This document shows, piece by piece, positions 58,431-64,000 of a stretch of DNA of 64,000 nucleotides (positions are counted from its first letter, which is position 1; each line of letters starts with the position of its first letter). A program made the translations under genes and the position numbers. The notes under the pieces are model-generated. The model was not told the DNA's origin. It did not search any database and saw nothing but the letters and a program-made list of their open reading frames with translations. Location of the stretch: sequence record OU509535.1; one strand, 5' to 3'.

Positions 58431-58700
58431 ATGATAACACCAGAAGGACAATTCAGCTTCAAAGATATTATATTAGTGTCAAAGAATAATAGATTTATGC
58501 TGGAAGACAGAAAAAGAAAAAACAAAGTATATGAAGTACAACACGATACTTTTAAAACTATGTTAGTACTTGCTGCACAAGCAAAGGGGAGAGGATTTAC
58601 TAAAAAAGTAAATTCATTTGAGTTTTTATATAACCAATTAGAAGTTACAGAAGATTTATTCACTGCATTAATGTATGATTTTACTGATTGGACTAATTAA
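58431..58700 (+). CDS. Hypothetical protein (89 aa)
   Basis: GAGG SD. Confidence 0.65.
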   Translation: MITPEGQFSFKDIILVSKNNRFMLEDRKRKNKVYEVQHDTFKTMLVLAAQAKGRGFTKKVNSFEFLYNQLEVTEDLFTALMYDFTDWTN

Positions 58701-58711
58701 AGGAAAAATAA

Positions 58712-59671
58712 ATGAGTAGTAGTACTTTATGGACAGAAAAATATCGCCCACTTACTATGGATGATTATGTTTCAAAAAATGACGCCCTTCGTCAAAAGAT
58801 GGAAGAATGGATCCGTACTGGTGATATTCCCCATATTGGTTTTTTTGGTCCAGCAGGAACTGGTAAAACGAGTGCGATTGGTGTTTTACTCAATGGGTTG
58901 GAACAAAACGGTCACATTGATATGGGTGATGTGACTATTCTCAATATGAGTTCAGAAGGTATGGACGCCATTCGTGAAAAAATCGAAAGCACAGCACAGT
59001 TATCATGTTATGGAAGATACAGGATTTTTGTTCTCGAAGAGTTTGAAACTACTTCACAGCGTTCACAAGGTTCAATGAAACGTATTATGGAAGATTATCA
59101 TGAAACTTCTCGTTTCATCATTACCAGTAATGAACCACATAAAATCCAAAAACCTATCATCTCCAGATTACAAGTAATTAATATAGAAAAACACGATATT
59201 GATCAATTCATGACGCGAGTACTTGATATCCTTATTAAAGAAGGTGTTGAGCTTGATACAGAAGAAAGTATCAATACAGTACAGGAATACATCAAAGCAT
59301 CATACCCAGATTTTCGTAAAACACTAAATGTATTGCAACAAAATGTCATTAATGGTAAACTTGTCCATATGGAAGATAGTATTGAATCTTCTGCAACGTA
59401 CAGAACCGAGATAGTAGAAGCACTGAAAAACGGTACTATTCGTGTGATGCGTGAAAAAATTGTACAAAGTATTCCAGAAGATGAGATGGATGCATTCTTT
59501 TCTTATCTGTACCGTAATGCTGAAATGTTCAGTACTGAGCCTGTTACTTTGATGAAAATTAAAGTAAAAATTCGTGATGCGGTTGTTAAACAAGCCACAG
59601 TATCAGACCGAGAAATGAATCTAAGTGCTCTACTTTGTGAAATAGATTTAATCTGTTCAGGAAATATGTAA
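58712..59671 (+). CDS. 44: Clamp loader AAA+ subunit (gp44/RFC-like)
   Basis: LWTEKYRP, Walker A GPAGTGKT, LEEFE, ISRL, DFRK.LN. Confidence 0.9.
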   Translation: MSSSTLWTEKYRPLTMDDYVSKNDALRQKMEEWIRTGDIPHIGFFGPAGTGKTSAIGVLLNGLEQNGHIDMGDVTILNMSSEGMDAIREKIESTAQLSCYGRYRIFVLEEFETTSQRSQGSMKRIMEDYHETSRFIITSNEPHKIQKPIISRLQVINIEKHDIDQFMTRVLDILIKEGVELDTEESINTVQEYIKASYPDFRKTLNVLQQNVINGKLVHMEDSIESSATYRTEIVEALKNGTIRVMREKIVQSIPEDEMDAFFSYLYRNAEMFSTEPVTLMKIKVKIRDAVVKQATVSDREMNLSALLCEIDLICSGNM

Positions 59672-59672
59672 A

Positions 59673-60296
59673 ATGAATAAGCAAGATTGTCTTGTATTTG
59701 ATTGCGATGAAGTTCTTCTTAATCACTTAGGAGCTTTTCGCTCCTTTGTTTTTGAACATTACAATATCACACCAAATACTGAATACCCCGTTGAATATGA
59801 TTTGGGATCGTGGTTTGATGTTTCTAACACTGAAATTAACGAAATGATCAAACACTTCAATGAACGATCTTATCAATTCGGATTACTCGAACCACTACAG
59901 CACAATACTGTAGAAGTAATGCATGAATTGCGAAGAGAATTCCCTAATAAAAAAATTGTAGTATTAACTAAATCAGGCACTGGCGGTCATGGTGAAGTAC
60001 TTAGAAAAGTAAATTTAATTAATGCCTTCGGGTATATATTCGATGACATTATTATAATTGAAATGTATGAATCCAAAAAAAGTGCACTATATCAATTACA
60101 ACAAAAATATAATGTAAAATTTTTGGTTGATGATTATATTAAAAATATCAAGGATGCTATGCAATTGGAAATTCGTGGTATTATGCTTAAATCCACATAT
60201 AATGAAATTTATAGTACCAGTACTGAATTTGATTATGTAAATAACTGGAGTGAGCTTAGATTAAAAATATACGAAATTTTGAACAGTAGTAAATAG
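59673..60296 (+). CDS. HAD-family 5'(3')-deoxyribonucleotidase
   Basis: FDCDEVL motif I, VVLTK, LVDDY motif IV. Confidence 0.8.
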   Translation: MNKQDCLVFDCDEVLLNHLGAFRSFVFEHYNITPNTEYPVEYDLGSWFDVSNTEINEMIKHFNERSYQFGLLEPLQHNTVEVMHELRREFPNKKIVVLTKSGTGGHGEVLRKVNLINAFGYIFDDIIIIEMYESKKSALYQLQQKYNVKFLVDDYIKNIKDAMQLEIRGIMLKSTYNEIYSTSTEFDYVNNWSELRLKIYEILNSSK

Positions 60297-60333
60297 TATA
60301 TATGATTGTAGATTTATAAAGGAATATAAAATT

Positions 60334-60879
60334 ATGCAAAACCCACAATCTACTATACAACAGTTATATGATAATCAGGGGATGTTGGATATTCTTATTG
60401 CTATTGAAAAATATTTTGAAGATAATGATTTATATGCATATAAAGATATCCAAAGTGGTGAAATCGTTGAAGGCCCAAATATTGAAAAATACTGGGTGGA
60501 AATTGTACTTAAATATTATCGTGAAAATTTTCCAGATCCAGCCGCATTTAAAATTCTGGAACGTCATGGTACTAAAGTTAAAGTTAAAGGTGATTATGAA
60601 ATTCACCCAATTGAACACCCACGTTCCCGTAGAGATATGGAGCAAGTTCCTGCACAAAATGGTACTGTTTCTATGCCTAAAGAAGAACGAGTACCAGTAC
60701 TTTTAGTTAGAGTTCAAATTCCACGAAGTGTTATTAATCCAGAAAGCTTTGATGAATACAAACTAAGTATTGCTGAATTAAATAAATCTCAAATTCAGGA
60801 TGTATCAGAATTTGAATCTGATGTGGAACAAGATGCTCCGGTGTCAGATGATGAACAATCAAATGCCGGGGGTATGTAA
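60334..60879 (+). CDS. Conserved hypothetical protein (181 aa)
   Basis: AAGGA SD; GEIVEGP...YWVE motif; acidic tail. Confidence 0.7.
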   Translation: MQNPQSTIQQLYDNQGMLDILIAIEKYFEDNDLYAYKDIQSGEIVEGPNIEKYWVEIVLKYYRENFPDPAAFKILERHGTKVKVKGDYEIHPIEHPRSRRDMEQVPAQNGTVSMPKEERVPVLLVRVQIPRSVINPESFDEYKLSIAELNKSQIQDVSEFESDVEQDAPVSDDEQSNAGGM

Positions 60880-61556
60880 TGAAAGAACAACTAAATGAAC
60901 AAGGACTGCGACCAAATATTCTTCATGATTTGGTATATCCAATTATTAGTATAGATGAATATGAACCTAAAATTAATCAAGATAATATCGTGGTTATGTT
61001 TCAGGTATTGAATAATTATGATGCAGCATATGATTTATCTTCTTTTATTGAGAAGACAAGCAAAAATGCCATTGATACTGAAGCAGCGGAAACACCTAAT
61101 CTTGATGGTCGTTATACTGTATTTGTCGAGATGCCGAGAAATGTTGAATTTCCAGAAGCATTGTATGATATGATCGTCAATATTCAAAATCTGTGTCCAG
61201 ATCCGAGTTGGAAATTACAGTTATATGGGGTTAATGATCCAATTGATTTGGATGTAAAGGAAATCACCAAACTGATTAATTTGAGTTCACCTGAGAGTAT
61301 TAAAGAATTTTTAGATGTAGAAGACGTAAAAATACTAAATGAGGGTGTTTTACAAATTTCAGTACACAATAAGGATTTGTATTATAGTACTGCATCTGCA
61401 TTTGGTTCGGAAGATTATGTAAAAAAACTTCTTTCCGAGAATGTTGATATTGATAACACACCTTTATCTAATTATCTGAGTACTGATTTTACTGTTGTTA
61501 GAAGTAATGACAAGTACATTGTTGAAAAGAATGGGAAATATTTAATACTTAAATAG
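60879..61556 (+). CDS. Hypothetical protein (225 aa), possibly protease-processed virion protein
   Basis: TAATG coupling; N-terminal LNE|QG. Confidence 0.6.
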   Translation: MKEQLNEQGLRPNILHDLVYPIISIDEYEPKINQDNIVVMFQVLNNYDAAYDLSSFIEKTSKNAIDTEAAETPNLDGRYTVFVEMPRNVEFPEALYDMIVNIQNLCPDPSWKLQLYGVNDPIDLDVKEITKLINLSSPESIKEFLDVEDVKILNEGVLQISVHNKDLYYSTASAFGSEDYVKKLLSENVDIDNTPLSNYLSTDFTVVRSNDKYIVEKNGKYLILK

Positions 61557-61567
61557 GGATTTATTGT

Positions 61568-62383
61568 ATGAGAGTATTGAAATATGTACAAGCATTACAC
61601 CAGAATACTAAAATTGATGAATTCAAAAAAGAAAACGTCAAGAAACATGACAACAAAGATATAGCTATTAGGATGTATCTTCGTCGATTTGAGGTTAATA
61701 GAATTGGAAAAAACTGGAGTGGTGAAGTAAGAGAAGATTTAGATACTGATGCAATACTAAAATCATATCTAGCCCGAAAAATTTACATCAACGAAAAGAG
61801 AATTTATATAGATCACTATCGTGAAATGGAAGAAAAGTTCACCGCTGGGTTATGGAAAATCTGGAGTATTGAACAATTTGGACACGAAGTACCTGAATTG
61901 AATGTACCAACTACATTCGAAGAATTACATAATATTTTAGTTAACAAAAATATTCATGATAAATTTTCTTTGAAAGATACTATAGATTTAGCATTGACAC
62001 ACAGTATGCTACATGGATACAATGGTTTCTTCGAAACGTTTGATGAATTCGATTTACTATGTGCACTACCAGGAGAGAAAAGTTGGACTTTGAGTCAAAC
62101 ATTTTCACAAAAAAGCGATAACCGAAAACTGAGTCCACAACGCTGTATTCAAGTTGCTATTGCTATGTATAAACTGGACTATCTGAATTGTTCAGAACCA
62201 TATCCACACTTCTGGAAGCAAAAAGCAATGGAATGTATGAACTATGCTTTGTGTAATATGGAAAAAAGTTATGAAATAAAATTCAGGAACGCAACTGTAT
62301 ACGACAATCCTGAAATTTGTGAGAACCCAGACAGATACCCTCCACCAAAACCAATAGCTGAATACATCAAAAAAAGGACGTGA
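61568..62383 (+). CDS. Hypothetical protein (271 aa)
   Basis: Long ORF, no recognised motif. Confidence 0.7.
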   Translation: MRVLKYVQALHQNTKIDEFKKENVKKHDNKDIAIRMYLRRFEVNRIGKNWSGEVREDLDTDAILKSYLARKIYINEKRIYIDHYREMEEKFTAGLWKIWSIEQFGHEVPELNVPTTFEELHNILVNKNIHDKFSLKDTIDLALTHSMLHGYNGFFETFDEFDLLCALPGEKSWTLSQTFSQKSDNRKLSPQRCIQVAIAMYKLDYLNCSEPYPHFWKQKAMECMNYALCNMEKSYEIKFRNATVYDNPEICENPDRYPPPKPIAEYIKKRT

Positions 62384-62397
62384 AAACGTCCTTTTTT
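62370..62397 (+). terminator. Rho-independent terminator with a GNRA loop
   Basis: AAAAAAGGACGT-GAAA-ACGTCCTTTTTT. Confidence 0.88.
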
Positions 62398-62399
62398 AT

Positions 62400-62428
62400 T
62401 TGACAAATCATTTCAAAAGAGTTATAGT
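62400..62428 (+). promoter_or_regulatory. Sigma70-type promoter (TTGACA-N17-TATAGT)
   Basis: Near-consensus elements with canonical spacing. Confidence 0.7.
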
Positions 62429-62466
62429 ACTGAAAATGTTTAATTGAATAGGACGGATAAACCCAA

Positions 62467-63582
62467 ATGAAAGGTAAATTTTTCTTCAAAGAAAAAGGTA
62501 AAGAAATCGAAATCCAGGAGTTTGATTTCGAATACGTTCTTAATTCTTTGTGTAAAGAATATAATCGCCATTCCAACAAAGAGTATTGCTATACTGTGAT
62601 TGTTAGTAGAACTTATAATTCTATTGGGGAACCAGTTTTTGATGTTCGCACATTAAATTTAAAAGAAATTTATTACGACAATGTTCGTTTGTGTGTATAC
62701 GATCTCATGATGGACAAAATTGCATTTCGCCGTCCAGAAATCAAAAACTTACCAGTTCCTGCATTACAGAAAGAATACCAGGAATGGAAAGAAGGTAAAG
62801 TTAAAAAATCGAGTACGCCAGTTGTTGTCGATATTCCTTTTAAAGAACTAAAACGTACTGAAATCTCCAGTAACGATCATCGTATTCCAGATATTATGTC
62901 ACAATTTAATGTGGATAGTTCTAAAGCATTAAAAGTACTGGACTGGATTGTTAATCTTCCAGTATGTACACAAGAAGTTACAATTAAAGTTCAAAACATC
63001 AGTACAAGACAACTGGAACTCAATGATGCATTACAACAACACAGTGAATATATTCATAAACTAATGAATAACTTAACATCTGCGTTAGAAACATTATTTC
63101 CATTAAAGCCAACATTTACTCAGAAGTTATTTGGTAAACAACCAGTTATTAAAATAGAACAATCTGATTTAAAAAATGTGATGGATACATTGAAGAAAGC
63201 AGTACAGTATGACACCACTAAGTTTAATGGTATTGATACTATGTTTTCTTCTTTAATTAGTGATATTCGTGCAATGCAGGACGAATTTGGTACAGCAGAA
63301 AATGCATGTGATTTTGCTATCAGTACATTAGAAGATAACTTTGAATTTGAATTAATGAAAAATCGCATTCTGAAAATGTCGATTACTAATACATCATCAG
63401 AAGCTGCACTAATTGGGTTCAATAAGAAATACAGAATAGATGTGGATCAAATGGTTGATATTCAAACAACAACGATTCCATGGATTATCATGCGTTTGCA
63501 GAATCAGGTAGGACAAACTGTTGATTCTGAAACAGTTGATATTCTTAAAAATTTGGCATACGGTAAAAAAGATGACAAATAA
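62467..63582 (+). CDS. Hypothetical protein with a C-terminal TelA/XpaC-like coiled-coil region (371 aa)
   Basis: Long helical C-terminal half with FTQKLFGK; adjacent to a TelA-like gene. Confidence 0.4.
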   Translation: MKGKFFFKEKGKEIEIQEFDFEYVLNSLCKEYNRHSNKEYCYTVIVSRTYNSIGEPVFDVRTLNLKEIYYDNVRLCVYDLMMDKIAFRRPEIKNLPVPALQKEYQEWKEGKVKKSSTPVVVDIPFKELKRTEISSNDHRIPDIMSQFNVDSSKALKVLDWIVNLPVCTQEVTIKVQNISTRQLELNDALQQHSEYIHKLMNNLTSALETLFPLKPTFTQKLFGKQPVIKIEQSDLKNVMDTLKKAVQYDTTKFNGIDTMFSSLISDIRAMQDEFGTAENACDFAISTLEDNFEFELMKNRILKMSITNTSSEAALIGFNKKYRIDVDQMVDIQTTTIPWIIMRLQNQVGQTVDSETVDILKNLAYGKKDDK

Positions 63583-63585
63583 CGG

Positions 63586-63613
63586 TTGACACAGTAACAG
63601 AGTGCTGTATAAT
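63586..63613 (+). promoter_or_regulatory. Sigma70-type promoter (TTGACA-N16-TATAAT)
   Basis: Perfect hexamers upstream of the 63675 ATG. Confidence 0.75.
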
Positions 63614-63674
63614 CTTTTATATCGAAACAACATACAGCACTTAAAACTTTTAATTCACCGAAGGAAACATTACA

Positions 63675-64000
63675 ATGTCCGAGAAAGAAATTAATCCCAC
63701 TAAAGCAGCCAAGAAAACTAACACTAAAACACGTAAAGCTCTAGCTATGGATGATTCTATCCTGGAAACTCCAAAAAAGAATCTACCGTCAAATGTTGCT
63801 TTGCGTGATACAAAAGGTACTCAACTCGCATTAACTATTGAAAACATCAATAGCATTGGTACTGTAACTGGTACTAAAGTTGCTGCATTAAGCAATGACA
63901 TTCTAACTAAAGTCAATGCAAGTGATACCAGTACTGAATTTGGTAAATCAGTATCCACTATTCTGAATCTTACTCGTTCAGTTGATATTGAATCACTTGT
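63675..64000 (+). CDS. TelA-like toxic anion resistance protein (5' part, truncated by the window edge; not in the ORF track)
   Basis: AAGGA SD, open to the window end; INSIG..TG.KVAALSNDILTKV..SD...EFG resembles the TelA N-terminus. Confidence 0.55.
   Translation, partial: MSEKEINPTKAAKKTNTKTRKALAMDDSILETPKKNLPSNVALRDTKGTQLALTIENINSIGTVTGTKVAALSNDILTKVNASDTSTEFGKSVSTILNLTRSVDIESL

Overview
This is a 64-kb, AT-rich (roughly one-third GC, by eye), densely coding segment of a jumbo myophage genome. Gene content and order resemble the RaK2/GAP32/PBECO4/121Q-type enterobacterial jumbo phages; this assignment comes from family knowledge, not a database search. It holds most of the replication, recombination and nucleotide-metabolism core: B-family DNA polymerase, probable sliding clamp, clamp loader, RNase H, gp32-like SSB, UvsX/UvsY/UvsW, primase, DnaB-like helicase, Dda-like helicase, two-subunit topoisomerase II, NrdA/NrdB, DHFR and an NTP pyrophosphohydrolase. 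It also encodes a terminase large subunit with an intein, several probable virion/head-core proteins, two GroES paralogs, IF3, a YggL-like protein, a KTSC protein, two T4 T-holin-like genes, a TelA-like pair and four free-standing homing endonuclease genes (two frameshifted). The most notable observations are: (1) a C-family (DnaE) polymerase core that is miniaturised and split into two genes 34 kb apart, with the break exactly between adjacent motifs; (2) window-wide over-representation of the palindrome AGTACT (about 140 copies by hand count versus about 22 expected); (3) a class-3 (WCT) intein starting with Leu in the TerL Walker A motif; (4) an apparently dead TerL-ATPase paralog immediately upstream of terL; (5) a recurrent TGAACA-N16/17-TATAAT promoter class; (6) a hairpin that carries a late promoter in its loop and sequesters the next gene's SD. 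I found no tRNA, rRNA, CRISPR array or group I intron. All functional calls rest on motif recognition by eye.
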